Shown here: positions 27,140 through 40,758 of the stretch, in pieces
Numbering within the stretch: position 1 is the first letter of the stretch
Layout: every line of letters starts with the position of its first letter
Assembly (NCBI GenBank): GCA_964016885.1
Contig: OZ024752.1
Location: 35,464,001 to 35,528,000 of the forward strand
DNA from: Eledone cirrhosa
Taxonomy: Eukaryota
DNA: 64,000 nucleotides
Direction of reading: 5' to 3'
Translations under genes and position numbers: made by a program
Notes under the pieces: generated by a model
The model's database searches: none
Told to the model about the DNA's origin: nothing
The model's input: only the letters and a program-made list of their open reading frames with translations

Positions 27140-28531
27140 AGGTTCTGAGTTCAAATCCTGTCGAGCTCAACTTTGCCTTTCATCCTTATGAAAGTCGATC
27201 AAATGAATGACCAATAAAGTACTATGGTTGGTATAATCAACTTTCTCCTCCCCACAAATTGCTGGCCTTGTGCATAATTCAGAAATCATTATTTCACAAA
27301 TCCCGTCGAGGTTAACTTTGCCTTTTATCTTTACGGGGTCGATAAAATAAAGTACCAGTAATGCACTGGGTTATTGCAGGCTTTGTGCCAAAAGTAGAAA
27401 CAATTATTTCAGGGTGATGGATTGGCAGTATCGGCAGAGCGTCAGACATCATCTTTGCAACATAGAGTTATGGCCCTTTATGTTCTGAGTTCAAATCCCG
27501 CCGAGGTTAGCTTTGCCTTTCATACTTACGGAGTCGATAAAATAAAGTACCAGTAATACACTGGAGTCGATTTAATCGACGTTCCCCTCCCGTCCAAATT
27601 GCTGGCCTTGTGCCTAAAGTAGAAACAATTATTTTGTTTGTATCTATGCTATTATTTCTTAAATCATCCAAATAATGGTAGCTTTTAGAATCTGGAATTA
27701 TTGTTTGTGAGACTAGAAAACAAATTGAATGACTGAAAATTGTGCGTTAGCACAATTCGCAGAAATATTCTGACAGGTGTCGCCACTAGAACGCTTGAGC
27801 TGAGACTCCGAAAGTTGTATGAAATTTATTTAAAACATTTTTAAAAACCAATTCATTTTCAGAATGAGTTATTTGCTAACAAAATTCTCTGAGGAAAATT
27901 TACGTCTAAATATACTGACAACTAATTATTAATACAAACCGAAACAGATTTTCAGATTGATAATGTCTTCTTTTCATGGATGTTGTGGTTTAAACACATC
28001 GTCGCCTTCCGTCATCAGTGCCATATTTACAATTATTAAATGCACGTAATCGAAATAGGAGGAAACTCACAAACCCTACGGGGTTTATATTAATTCCTCA
28101 TACAGTTGTAACTCTCTTCTCCTCCATATGGTAACACCTGACAGATACTGAACTTTTTGAATCTCTGACAAAAATAAAAAAGTTACATGGACAGTCCAAA
28201 AAAGGCTTTCACTATAATTCCTATGGCAATATCGGTAGAGACTCGTGCGCTATGCTTTGCAGCATAGAGTTATGTCCCTTTGCGATCTGAGTTCAAATCT
28301 CGCCGAGGTTAACTTTGCCTTTCATCCTTACGGGGTCGAAAACTGGGGTAATTGCTGGCATTGTGCCAAAAGTAGAAACAAATATCAGTAAGCAAAGAGT
28401 TACGGCCCTTTATGGTCTGAGTTCAAATCCCGCCGAGGTTAACTTTGCCTTTCATCCTTACGGGGGTCGATAAAATAAAGTACCAGTAATGCACTGGATA
28501 ATTGTTGGCCTTGTGCCAAAAGTAGAAACAC

Positions 28532-28565
<34 letters not shown>

Positions 28566-29580
28566 GGCGGTGGATTGGCAAGTTCGGTGGAGCGTCAGAC
28601 ACCATGCTTTGCAGCACAGAGTTATGGCCCTTTATGTTCTAAATTCAAAACCCGCCGAGGTTGACTTTGCCTTTCATCCTTACGGGGGTCGATAAAATAA
28701 AGTACCAGTCACGCACTGGGGTCGATTTAATCGACTTCCCCTCCCCCCAAATTGCTGGCCTTGTGCCGACATAAGAAACCATTATTATTTTGGCAGTATT
28801 GGTGGAGGGCCGGACGCCATGCTTTGACGCATAGAGTTACGGCCCTTGCTATTCTGAGTTCAAATCCCGCCGAGGTTGACTTTGCCTTTCATCCTTACGT
28901 GGTCGATAAAATAAAGTACCAGTAATGCACTGGGTAATTGCTGGCCTTGTGCCTAAAGTAGAAACAATTATTTTATTAGGGCGGTGAGTTGGCAGTATTG
29001 GTGGAGCGTTAGACATCATGCTTTGCAGCATAGAGTTATGGCTCTTTACGTTCTGAGTTCAAATCCCACGGGACGTTCAAAATTGTCTCGCTGACCTTAC
29101 TTGATCTGCCAAAGAAGGTAACACATAGTAATTCTTTTATAATGACTGCTTAAAACTCTACAGTGGTTACTTCTGATGTTGAAAATATTGGAAATAATTT
29201 TTTCTACTTTTGGCACAAGGCCAGCAAATTACCCAGTGCATTACTGGTACTTTATTTTATCGATCCCGTAAGGATGAACGACAAAGTTAACCTCTGCCGG
29301 ATTTGAACTCTAAAATAATGGTTTCTTAGATAGGCACAAGGCCAGCAATTATCCAGTACATTACTGGTACTTTATTTTATCGACCCTGTAAAGAATATTG
29401 GAAATAATTGTTTCTACTATTGGCACAAGGCCAGCAAATTACCCAGTGCATTACTGGTACTTTATTTTATCGACCACGTAAGGATGAAAGGCAAAGTTAA
29501 CCTCGGCGGGATTTGAACTCAGAATGACAAGGGCCGTAACTCCATGCATCAAAGCATGGCGTCCGACCCTCTACCGAATG
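27140..29580. mobile_element. Dense clusters of Meta-core SINEs (27140-27630 +, 28223-29065 +, 29195-29577 -)
   Basis: Repeated SINE consensus. Confidence 0.8.
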
Positions 29581-30235
29581 AAACCTGTTTTTATTACTTA
29601 ACCATATGGTCAGCATTCTGTATAATTTAGATTATCTATTTTTCTCTTTTAACATTTCAGCCAAGCTGGATTAAAGTATTACTTATCTGACAAATATATT
29701 CTCGGGATCGTGGCTCAGAACCAAAGAAAATTGTATATAAAAGCCAAAATGGCAAATGATACTGCCTCAAGCCTTTACTTCAAAAGGAATTATATGCAAT
29801 TGTGATACGTGTGAGAAGGTCGTTGAGGAATATCTTCAAAGTATTAAAAAGATCACGAAGACAACCGATGAGCTCAACTGCAGGTAAAATTCTATTTTGA
29901 CAACAAAATCAAAGGTTTTGTTAAGATCAAGATTCTAATATATTTCCTACAACTGAAAAGAGGGAAAATCAGATGTCGATCTATTTGGAAAAAAATTCTT
30001 CACTGAAATTCTAAATAATTGTTTCTACTTTTGGCACAAGGCCAGCAATTTTTCCAGTGTATTACTGGTACTTTATTTTATCGACCCCGTAAGGATTAAA
30101 GGCAAAGTTAACCTCGAAGGATTTGAACTCAGAATGGCAATGAGTCAAAGCATGGTGTCCGACCCTCTACCGATACTGCCAATCCACCATTCATTCACTG
30201 GAATTCTAAATAATTGTTTCTACTTTTGGCACAAG

Positions 30236-30965
30236 AAGACTCAGAAGCTCCCGCGTCTTGCGACGCATGAGGCAATCATAGTGTTCCACCGCGTTCGGTC
30301 AGCAGCCAGTTGCACAGCGTCCCGCCATTGTCTGTATGTCGCTCGCAGGTCCCTCTCAACTGTCTGGCGCCAGTTCATATTGGGTGGCCCTCTCCGTCTG
30401 CTTCCCTGCGGGCTCCATTTAAGTACATGGTTCGCCAGTCTCTCCGGGGGAAGTCTCAAAGCGTGTCCAAACCAGCCCAGGCGTCGCTTGCAGATGGTAG
30501 AAGGGACTAGCTGCTGGTTGGTGAGGTTCCTGACTTCCTGGTTTGTTACATGGTCACTCCATTTAATCCCCAGGATCTTTCGCAGACACCTGGAATCGAA
30601 TACGTCCAACTTCTTCTCTTGGCTGGTCTTAAGGTGCCATGTTTCACTTCCGTACAAGAGTGTGGACAGCACCTTGCTGTTGAAGAATCTCATCTTTGTT
30701 TTGAGGGTGAACTTCCTGCTCTTCCAGATCTTGTCAAGCTGGTTAAATGCTGCTGAAGCCTTTCCCATTGGAACAATATCAATGTCGAAGCAGGAAGCTT
30801 AGGTCTCAATATCAGTGCCAAGAAGACCAAAAGCATGTTATCTGGGACACACCCATCATCAACTAGTGTCTTCATTGAACAGGGGGAGGTGGGGATAGTG
30901 GACAACTTCACCTACCTAGGAAGCTCCATTAACAATGGGGGCACCATGGACAGTGAATTGCAAGT
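30236..30965 (-). mobile_element. 5'-truncated RTE LINE with 5' inversion, inserted in a SINE
   Basis: Minus 30768-30241 encodes GKASAAF..L.KIW...LLYGSETW...RRLGWFGH; plus 30770-30965 encodes the immediately upstream GLNISAKKTK...FTYLGS.I...DSELQ. Confidence 0.9.
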
Positions 30966-31831
30966 AGTGTATTACTGGTACTTTATTTTATCGACCCCGT
31001 AAGGATGAAAGGCAAAGTTAACCTCGGCGGGATTTGAACTTAGATCATAAAGGGACGTAACTCTGTACTGCAAAGCATGGCATCCGACCCTCTACTGATA
31101 CTGCCAATCCAATTCTAAATAATGGTTTCTTATTTAGGCATAAGGCCAGCAATTATTTTTTTGGGGGGGGGGGGGGGCGATGAAATTGACCCCAATGCGT
31201 GACTGGTACTTTATTTTATCGACCCCATAAGGATGAAAGGCAAAGTTAACTTCGGCGGGATTTGAACTTAGATCATAAAGGGACGTAACTCTGTACTGCA
31301 AAGCATGGCATCCGACCTTCTACCGATATTGCCAATCCAATTCTAAATAATACCACTCTGTTACAACTAGGAGCTGTTCTGAAGATATACATCCAACATA
31401 GTTATCGATTCCCATGCATTACAAGGGTAAACAAATAATTTCATCGGATATTGGGATGGAATACAAAACCTTAATACCTATTTCAAAACTGTATTCGATT
31501 TTTCGGTAGCGTGTAGTTTTTTTGAGAAGAGACAACCAATTCTGTTTTCTTTTTTAATGATTATATTCGAAATATTGTGTATTTTTAGAACATTTGCTCA
31601 GATTATTATAAATTCAATCAGCATGCTTCGTAAATGTAAAACCTCCTCCAGATATACTTTGGTTGTCCAAATAAGGCAACCAAAACAAGTAATGGATATC
31701 ACATCATATCTACTTCATTTGTTCGTGTGGATTTCATGATTGGGTAAACAGAAACAGGATACCAATGCCTTTTACCATGCTCATGATATAGAATGTTCTA
31801 TTTCCATACTGTTGACATAATTGTACATGTT

Positions 31832-33092
31832 AGGTCAGGTTTCTGCTCGCAACTGACACCATGTAACCCAGTTCAACCTGAATCATGGTCAAGTGGTCGG
31901 GGACTAAACCGGCTCCCCCACCTGACTCTGGTCACGTCAGGATTCTGTCTGCTACAGATACCATGTAACCCAGTTCAACCTGAATCATGGTCAAGTGGTC
32001 GGGGACTAAACCGGCTCCCCCACCTGACTCTGGTCAGGATTCTGCCTGCTACAGATACCATGTAACCCAGTACAACCTGAATCATGGTCAAGTGGTCGGG
32101 GACTAAACCGGCTCCCCCACCTGACTCTGGTCAGGATTCTGTCTGCTACAGATACCATGTAACCCAGTTCAACCTGAATCATGGTCAAGTGGTCGGGGAC
32201 TAAACCGGCTCCCCCACCTGACTCTGGTCAGGATTCTGCCTGCTACAGATACCATGTAACCCAGTTCAACCTGAATCATGGTCAAGTGGTCGGGGACTAA
32301 ACCGGCTCCCCCACCTGACTCTGGTCAGGATTCTGCCTGCTACAGATACCATGTAACCCAGTTCAACCTGAATCATGGTCAAGTTGTCGGGGACTAAACC
32401 GGCTCCCCCACCTGACTCTGGTCAGGTCAGGATTCTGTCTGCTACAGATACCATGTAACCCAGTTCAACCTGAATCATGGTCAAGTGGTCGGGGACTAAA
32501 CCGGCTCCCCCACCTGACTCTGGTCAGGTCAGGATTCTGTCTGCTACAGATACCATGTAACCCAGTACAACCTGAATCATGGTCAAGTGGTCGGGGACTA
32601 AACCGGCTCCCCCGCCTGACTCTGGTCAGGTCAGGTCAGGATTCTGTCTGCTACAGATACCATGTAACCCAGTACAACCTGAATCATGGTCAAGTGGTCG
32701 GGGACTAAACCGGCTCCCCCACCTGACTCTGGTCACGTCAGGATTCTGTCTGCTACAGATACCATGTAACCCAGTACAACCTGAATCATGGTCAAGTTGT
32801 CGGGGACTAAACCGGCTCCCCCACCTGACTCTGGTCAGGATTCTGTCTGCTACAGATACCATGTAACCCAGTACAACCTGAATCATGGTCAAGTGGCCGG
32901 GGACTAAACCGGCTCCCCCACCTGACTCTGGTCAGGATTCTGTCTGCTACAGATACCATGTAACCCAGTTCAACCTGAATCATGGTCAAGTGGTCGGGGA
33001 CTAAACCGGCTCCCCGCCTGACTCTGGTCAGGATTCTGTCTGCTACAGATACCATGTAACCCAGTAAACCTGCTTCATGGTCAAGTGGTCGG
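31832..33092 (+). repeat. 97/102-bp minisatellite, about 13 copies
   Basis: Unit GGATTCTGTCTGCTACAGATACCATGTAACCCAG...CCTGACTCTGGTCA, with or without extra (G/C)GTCA pentamers. Confidence 0.95.
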
Positions 33093-33453
33093 CTCCACTA
33101 CCAGACTGGTCTGGTGAGAAAGGTAAGTGGAACTCCAGCAGCACAAAATCAAAAGTTGTTAAAAGAGCAGATGAGCACCTCAGAGTCAACTATGGGTTAA
33201 ATAGCCTCACCAACCCACAATTGGCTAAGTGTGATGTGTATGGCTACAGCCCTGAAGACATGACCAAAACCAAACAGGAAGTGGTGGAAGTCAACCAGTA
33301 AAAAATTCCCCGCAACCGGAGTAGAATGGACCTGGATTGGATTGAAACATAATTGTATTTTCAACAAAGAACAATCGCCAAATTATCTATGAAAAACCTG
33401 TATTTAGCATATAGACTAACCCAACATGATGAAACGATATCCATTCTATACAC

Positions 33454-33621
33454 CAGTGGTTCCAAAAGTGGGCTCCGCAAATAAGTGTCTGGGATTCCGT
33501 TAAAAAAGGTAGAGTATATTTATATTGCGACTATATAACAAACAGTATTAGACTTTGGGGTTGCCCCAAAAGTTTCTGAACCAAAAACGGTTCCACGTTT
33601 GAAAAAGTTTGGGGAACCCTG
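33454..33621. mobile_element. hAT (Charlie-like) MITE
   Basis: Ends CAGTGGTTCCAAAA / TTTGGGGAACCCTG. Confidence 0.6.
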
Positions 33622-33869
33622 TCATACACGATGAAACGAACAGTGGCCGGATATACTGAACAACCGGACCTTTATACACCTGAATACATACGCGATGAAA
33701 ATTTGAAACCAAGAATATTTACTGGAGAACGTTTGAAAGCGGAAGCAGAAATTCTTGATTCAAGAAGGAAGAAAACTAATTTATCCGACCAAAATGTGCA
33801 AGTCACTCTCAGGATCGAAAACGAAATTTAAATTTGACAACATACTTTTTTCACAGTAGATACATTACT

Positions 33870-34190
33870 CCAAGTACCGGTCGCTCTCCGACAGGTTCGC
33901 CGTCGTGCCCTTGGCAGTGGAGACTTCTGGAGTCCTTGGCCCTGGGTATACCACCCTACTCACCACCATAGGCGCTGAGCTGGCCAGCCACAGGTGTAAG
34001 CCTCGCGAGATGGAATGGCTCTTCCAGCGCACCTCCCTTACCATCCTCCGGGGAAATGCTTTCTCCATTCTGTCCGCCGGGGCTGTGGATAGGCCAGCAC
34101 GTGGGACCCCATTTGCTCATAATACAGACAAATGGGGAGGGTGAGAGAGATGGAGGTGAAGACAGTGGGAGTTTGGCTCTTCCGTGTGCC
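33870..34190 (+). mobile_element. CRE-like element 3' end (RLE C-terminus plus UTR)
   Basis: KYRSLSDRFAVVPLAVETSGVLGP...EWLFQRTSLTILRGNAFSIL. Confidence 0.85.
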
Positions 34191-34502
34191 AGATTATTAT
34201 AGAACTTTAAATATGAGAATCTACTTAAAACTACTATAAAAATATCTGCCCCACCCATTGAAGCTGTTAGTGTGTTGCTGTTTAGATTTACCGTTTCAGC
34301 ACCTTGGCTAAAATTTTAAACTCGGTTTTCAACAGAATTATAGATGAAAAGTTATGGATTATTTCAGTAGCTCTGTTCTTATCTATTACCTGGTGTATAA
34401 AAAACCCCATCTCACCACAAGACCACCAGAAAAACTACCAGAAAAGCCCACCACCACACTACCACCACTCTGATACTGCAATGAACTCTTCACACACTTG
34501 TC

Positions 34503-35815
34503 TCAGACTCATATGGAATCTGGTCGGCGTCTCTTCGTTGATTCACCACAAAAAGGTTTGACAGTCGTACAGGCACGCCACTCCTATCAGACATATGTGG
34601 AATCTGGTCGGCGTCTCTTCGTTGATTCACCACAAAAAGGTTTGACAGTCGTACAGGCACGCCACTCCTATCAGACATATGTGGAATCTGGTCGGCGTCT
34701 CTTCGTTGATTCACCACAAAAAGGTTTGACAGTCGTACAGGCACGCCACTCCTATCAGACATATGTGGAATCTGGTCGGCGTCTCTTCGTTGATTCACCA
34801 CAAAAAGGTTTGACAGTCGTACAGGCACGCCACTCCTATCAGACATATGTGGAATCTGGTCGGCGTCTCTTCGTTGATTCACCACAAAAAGGTTTGACAG
34901 TCGTACAGGCACGCCACTCCTATCAGACATATGTGGAATCTGGCCGGCGTCTCTTCGTTGATTCACCACAAAAAGGTTTGACAGTCGTACAGGCACGCCA
35001 CTCCTATCAGACATATGTGGAATCTGGTCGGCGTCTCTTCGTTGATTCACCACAAAAAGGTTTGACAGTCGTACAGGCACGCCACTCCTATCAGACATAT
35101 GTGGAATCTGGTCGGCGTCTCTTCGTTGATTCACCACAAAAAGGTTTGACAGTCGTACAGGCACGCCACTCCTATCAGACATATGTGGAATCTGGCCGGC
35201 GTCTCTTCGTTGATTCACCACAAAAAGGTTTGACAGTCGTACAGGCACGCCACTCCTATCAGACATATGTGGAATCTGGTCGGCGTCTCTTCGTTGATTC
35301 ACCACAAAAAGGTTTGACAGTCGTACAGGCACGCCACTCCTATCAGACATATGTGGAATCTGGTCGGCGTCTCTTCGTTGATTCACCACAAAAAGGTTTG
35401 ACAGTCGTACAGGCACGCCACTCCTATCAGACATATGTGGAATCTGGTCGGCGTCTCTTCGTTGATTCACCACAAAAAGGTTTGACAGTCGTACAGGCAC
35501 GCCACTCCTATCAGACATATGTGGAATCTGGTCGGCGTCTCTTCGTTGATTCACCACAAAAAGGTTTGACAGTCGTACAGGCACGCCACTCCTATCAGAC
35601 ATATGTGGAATCTGGTCGGCGTCTCTTCGTTGATTCACCACAAAAAGGTTTGACAGTCGTACAGGCACGCCACTCCTATCAGACATATGTGGAATCTGGT
35701 CGGCGTCTCTTCGTTGATTCACCACAAAAAGGTTTGACAGTCGTACAGGCACGCCACTCCTATCAGACATATGTGGAATCTGGTCGGTGTCTCTTCGTTG
35801 ATTCATCACAAAGAA
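34503..35815. repeat. 84-bp satellite, about 15.5 near-identical copies
   Basis: 28-codon period; only occasional T/C variants. Confidence 0.97.
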
Positions 35816-36127
35816 GTTTTACTATATAACTAGAATGGGAAGTCATACATACACCCCCCCCCCCATTCTCCACTCAGCTCTCCCTCTCTAAAAGAGACAC
35901 GATGACATGGATATAACTGGTATATATATATATATATATATTATATATAGTTCGATTCCTGGACCGTGCGATGCGTTATATCCTTCAGCAAGACACTTTA
36001 TTTCACGTTGCTCCATCTACCTGGAGTGGCGACCGATAGATATTATTAGCAACTGGAAAGACCAACGGAAACATTGTTTCCTCGGTCCGATTTGACGAAA
36101 GTCGATCGACTGTCGATATATATATGT

Positions 36128-36487
36128 AGATTGGGAATACGGAAGATGATGTGGTTGAGAGGAAGAGCAAGGCCTGGGCGGCGTGCCACAGCTTGAGATC
36201 GGTGTGGAAGTCGGACCTTCGTAGAGACCTGAAAATCCGCCTCTTCATTGCTGTAGTGGAGTCTGTGCTGCTGTACGGGTCTGAGACTTGGACACTGACC
36301 AAGAAACTCACTCAGATGGTGGATGGGTGCTCCACGAGAAGGCTGGGGATGGCTCTGAACATTAATCAGTATACACTGAGGATGAAAAACTCAGAGCTGT
36401 ATGGGAGCATCCCAAAAGTCAGCTCAAAAGTGACACAGAGGAGACTGAGGTTGGCTGGACATGCTCACCGACATCCAGAGTTGACAT
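36128..36487 (+). mobile_element. RTE-clade LINE fragment
   Basis: RKSKAWAACHSL..VWKS.L...KIRLF.A.VESVLLYGSETWTLT...RRLRLAGH. Confidence 0.88.
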
Positions 36488-36507
36488 ATATATATATATA
36501 TATATAT

Positions 36508-36730
36508 AGTAATAATAATAAATTTGAAGACTAAAATCCAAAGAGGGCTGGATAAGGATAAATATATATCAGATATATAAGAACCGTAGAGCAAATATTT
36601 ATTAAAATAACAGATTAAAGTTTAAGCAAAGAATCGCTGCTTTCACCCTTAACGGGATCTTCTGAAACTCGTTAAGGGTGAAAGCAGCGATTCTTTGTGC
36701 TTAAACTTTAATCTGTTATTTTAATAAATA
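36508..36730. mobile_element. Penelope-like family A terminus, fold-back palindrome in (TA)n
   Basis: Arms about 36594-36654 and 36670-36731. Confidence 0.8.
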
Positions 36731-36825
36731 TATATATATATATATATATATAGTGAAAAATGGAACGGGAACAAAACAGAGAGGCAGTACGAACAAAGGT
36801 TTATTAGTTTCACGCTCTTGAGAGT

Positions 36826-36870
<45 letters not shown>

Positions 36871-37379
36871 GAATTGATATGTTAAAGTTATTGTCCTGTA
36901 ATCAGAATTTAAAAAATACTGTTATCTCTAATGAGACAGTCGTACTTACCCCAGGTCAGTGCATTAAACCTGACTGGCTATTAACGTCAACACATGTCCT
37001 GGGAGTGATTACTGCTACTGCTGATATACTACTACTGTTACTACTACTTCTACTCCTGCTGCTGCTACTACTACTACATCACAACGACCAGAAGCAAGTT
37101 TATTAAAGAAAAAAATAAAACATGATTACAACACTTTAATAAACTTGTATATTCGTTAACATTTTTTTGGTATTTAATTAAATCTATGATACCCTCTTCC
37201 CAAAAGCTTCGGTTAAAATTCTTTATGAATTAATCAAACCACACACTGAAGAAGAATGGAGCCATTGTAATTCTTGATACATTGTACTTGAAAAAAAGGA
37301 CAATGACCGAAACGAGAAATCAAAGATATTTTTCGATCACGCTGACCTAAAAGCAAAAAAGGATGCCATTTGGGGTACA

Positions 37380-38096
37380 TACAAAGGTCGGTTAAAAGGT
37401 TCATAGGCTGACTATGAAAGAGTAGTGTTGAGCTGTGAAATCTTGCATGCATTAGTTTCAACTTTTATTGTGTGGATTGGCAATGTCGGTAGAGGATCGG
37501 ACGCCATGCTTTGACGTATAGAGTTACAGCCCTTGCCATTCTGAGTTCAAATCCCGCCGATGTTAACTTTACCTTTCATCCTTACGGGGGTCGATAAAAT
37601 AAAGTACCAGTAATGTACTGGGTAATTGCTGGCCTTGTGCCAAAAGTAGAAACAATTATTAATATCTGCATTGAGTTCAAATACCGCCGAAGTTAACTTT
37701 GCCTTTCATCCTTACCGGGTTCATAAAATAAAGTACCAGTAACGTACTGGGGTCGATTTAATTGATTTTTTCCCCTCCCCCAAATTACTGGCATTGTGCC
37801 TATACTAGAAATCATTATCAGTAGAGAGTCGGACGCCATGCTTTCCAGCATAGTTACGTCCCTTTACGATCTGAGTTCAAATCCCGCCGAGGTTGACTTT
37901 GCCTTTCATCCTTACGGGGTCGATAAAATAAAGTACCAGTAATGCACTGGTTAATTGCTGCCTTGTGCCTAAAGTAGAGACAATTATTAATATCTGCATT
38001 GTTTCTTTCCAGGGAATATGTTGAAAAGTAAACCTTATTTAGTCATTCCATGAAAGTATCTTGGCCAGCCTATGAACTTTTCTACTGACCGTCCTA
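37380..38096. mobile_element. Tc1/mariner-type MITE carrying a SINE trimer (37470-37985)
   Basis: TIR-like GGTCGGTTAAAAGGTTCATAGGCTGAC / GCCAGCCTATGAACTTTTCTACTGACC. Confidence 0.7.
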
Positions 38097-38109
38097 TATA
38101 TATATTTAT

Positions 38110-38330
38110 ATATTGTTATACTTTGGGAGGGTCATGTTGAAAATAAAAACACATGCACCTGTTGAATTTCACTTCAATTTATTATAAATTTCCGGTTGGT
38201 TGGTTTCTTGATTCGATAACCGGAAAGTTTTTTTTATATATTGTCAAAGCTCTTTCGTCACACATTCTGTGACTCCTCGATGACTAGGTTTTTATTTTGT
38301 GTGTCACTCCTATGCTCTGTCCTATATCAT
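38110..38330 (-). mobile_element. Penelope-like family C terminal repeat with degenerate hammerhead (38243-38284)
   Basis: Homologous to 44960-45177; core reads UCGAGGA instead of CUGAAGA, with stem II and GAAA retained. Confidence 0.7.
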
Positions 38331-39055
38331 TTTGTTTCTGTGTGTTGTGGGTTGTTGTACTCTCAGTCGCTTCACGCCATGTAACCGGGATAAGCACCAG
38401 ACAAATGAGACTTCTGGTTTAAGACAGACTTTAGACTCACCAGCATCGTAGTGTGTCATTGGTCCAAGAGTTATCCCAAGGGGAGATAACAAATCTACAT
38501 TACTAACCCCATTCTGTGATACATTGTTGTAGTTCACCGCAACTACAATAGACTCGGTTTTTCCTCCTCGGTGTTGGCAACTTTTCTGTCGACCTCTTCT
38601 CAAGGACTTCCTTCTCGGTCTTACCTCTTCCTTCTTCTCCTCTTCTTTCTTCTCCTATTCCTCCCTCTTCTCGTCCTTCCTCCCTCTTCTCTTCCTCTTT
38701 TAGTTAACCATATTGTGTCACGAGTCCCAGAAGGTTGACAAATGCCATAGGTCCGACCCCTTCTTCACCAGGCTAATAAAAGGAAAAAGAACAAAATTTA
38801 GGTAGTTAATAAACACGTTTAAGCAGAGAATAAACAAGTTTAATTAGGCTATAGAAAACATGAACAGTGGAGGCGCGTGGCTTAGTGGTTAAGGTGTTGA
38901 ACATACGATCATAATGTCGTGGGTTCGATTCCTGACTATAGATATTACGGTTCACAAGCGTATTATCTTTAGTCGGTATTTGTTTCACCCTGGCGGTTTT
39001 TGTCCCTTGTGATTTGAACGCATACATGTATATATCTGTGTTCGTCTCTCTTTAT

Positions 39056-39089
<34 letters not shown>

Positions 39090-39284
39090 AAAATAGTCAG
39101 GACCCCGACGGCAGAGCTCAAGCCGTTTCGACGACTATTTCTGGATGTCCAGAAATAGCCGTCGAAACGGCTTGACCTCTGCCGTCGGGGTCCTGACACT
39201 TTTCCCATTACCCACTCTACTACCCAAAGTATCGAGTACTCTTGTGCGTTATGGTCCACCTGGTTCCTTACCACACTTCCTTCG

Positions 39285-39330
<46 letters not shown>

Positions 39331-39372
39331 TCGAAACGGCTTGAGCTCAGCCGTCGGGGTCCTACTCGTTCC

Positions 39373-39403
<31 letters not shown>

Positions 39404-40758
39404 ATAATAATAAATTTGAAGACTAAAATCCAAAGAGGGCTCGATAAGGATAAATATATATCAAATATATAAGAACCGTAGAGCAAATATTTATTAAAAT
39501 AACAGATTAAAGTTTAAGCAAAGAATCGCTGCTTTCACCCTTAACGGGATCTTCTGAAACTAACAAAGTCAATCTGTAAACGCAGAAGTGGATATTTCAA
39601 AAAACGTTGCAACCGGAGGAACACAGGAAGACGATACTTTGGTTCGTGGAAACGTTCCCTGGCAAAGAACGGGAAAAAACGAATATAATACGTCATTAAT
39701 AGGAGCGGAGAAAAAGAATTACGCACAAAGACAGAACCACGTTTATGGTATAAAAGAAGTCGTAGACTAATGTTCTCTTAGGTGGTTCATAGAGACGTTC
39801 TCTGGCAATGAACGGAAAAAACGAAGATAATACGTCATATGTGGAGCGTGGAGGACAATTGCACGCAAAGACAAAACCACGTAAATGGTATAGCAGAAGT
39901 CGTAGACTAAAATTCTAACTCGGAGACTGAATGAATCTCCGCTTTAGAGTTAAGAACAAAGTAAATAAATACAATACAGAGGTAATAGAAATTAAATAAA
40001 TACATACACGCATACAAATACGCGAAAACACTTACCATAGGTATACAAAACCACGTACATATAAATATGTGTGTGTGTGTATGCGTGTATACAAATAAAT
40101 AAATAATTAAATAAACGTATATAAATAAATACGTATATAACAAGCGCACACACATACCTACATGTAAATACACAAATGTTCGGAGACGTAAGTCAACCAA
40201 AACATGAAGTACACATATACACACACCCTACATACGTACGAACCTGCATACTCACACAAACGCAAAACTCCCGTATACACATAACCAAACCATATGTACC
40301 AGAATAAATAAAATTATACGCCATAACATATACAATCAAATATACGTACGAGAAGGTATACGTACCTTCACAAAACATACAGGTAAAATATACTTACCTA
40401 TGCAAATAAGTAATGGTATAAACAAAACATATACTTAGCTACCACATCAAGACGTAAAATATTCACGTATAGATCGTACTATCCGTTAGGGTATAACGTG
40501 GGGCTGTAATACAGGAAAGTTTTATGCAATTTATGTTTACAAGCCGAAATTGCCTCAGATTTTTTGTTTAAGATGAGGTCTGTGGCGTAGAGTATTCCCA
40601 GGGCCTCAGCGGCGCAGAGGTCACATGGTCTTTTATTTCCGTTATACGATCTAGCCCTAGCTAGGATCTCCCAGTGTAACTTATATTGGTTGTGGTTGTC
40701 TTTTAGACTCCAGATATAAGCTGAAAGTGACGTCATATTCCTTCTTAGAGGGTAACGT

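Noticed and set aside
27700-29950. Faint mariner transposase traces (also 52400-53000) and a piggyBac-like trace at 61700-62000
   Set aside because: Too degraded to support by eye; needs tBLASTn.
31832-33092. CRISPR-like look of regular arrays (also 8925-9525, 23470-23922)
   Set aside because: No unique spacers and no cas genes; eukaryotic context.
34490-35829. 439/443-aa ORFs on both strands
   Set aside because: They arise from a stop-free 84-bp satellite unit; near-identical copies, no unique domain.
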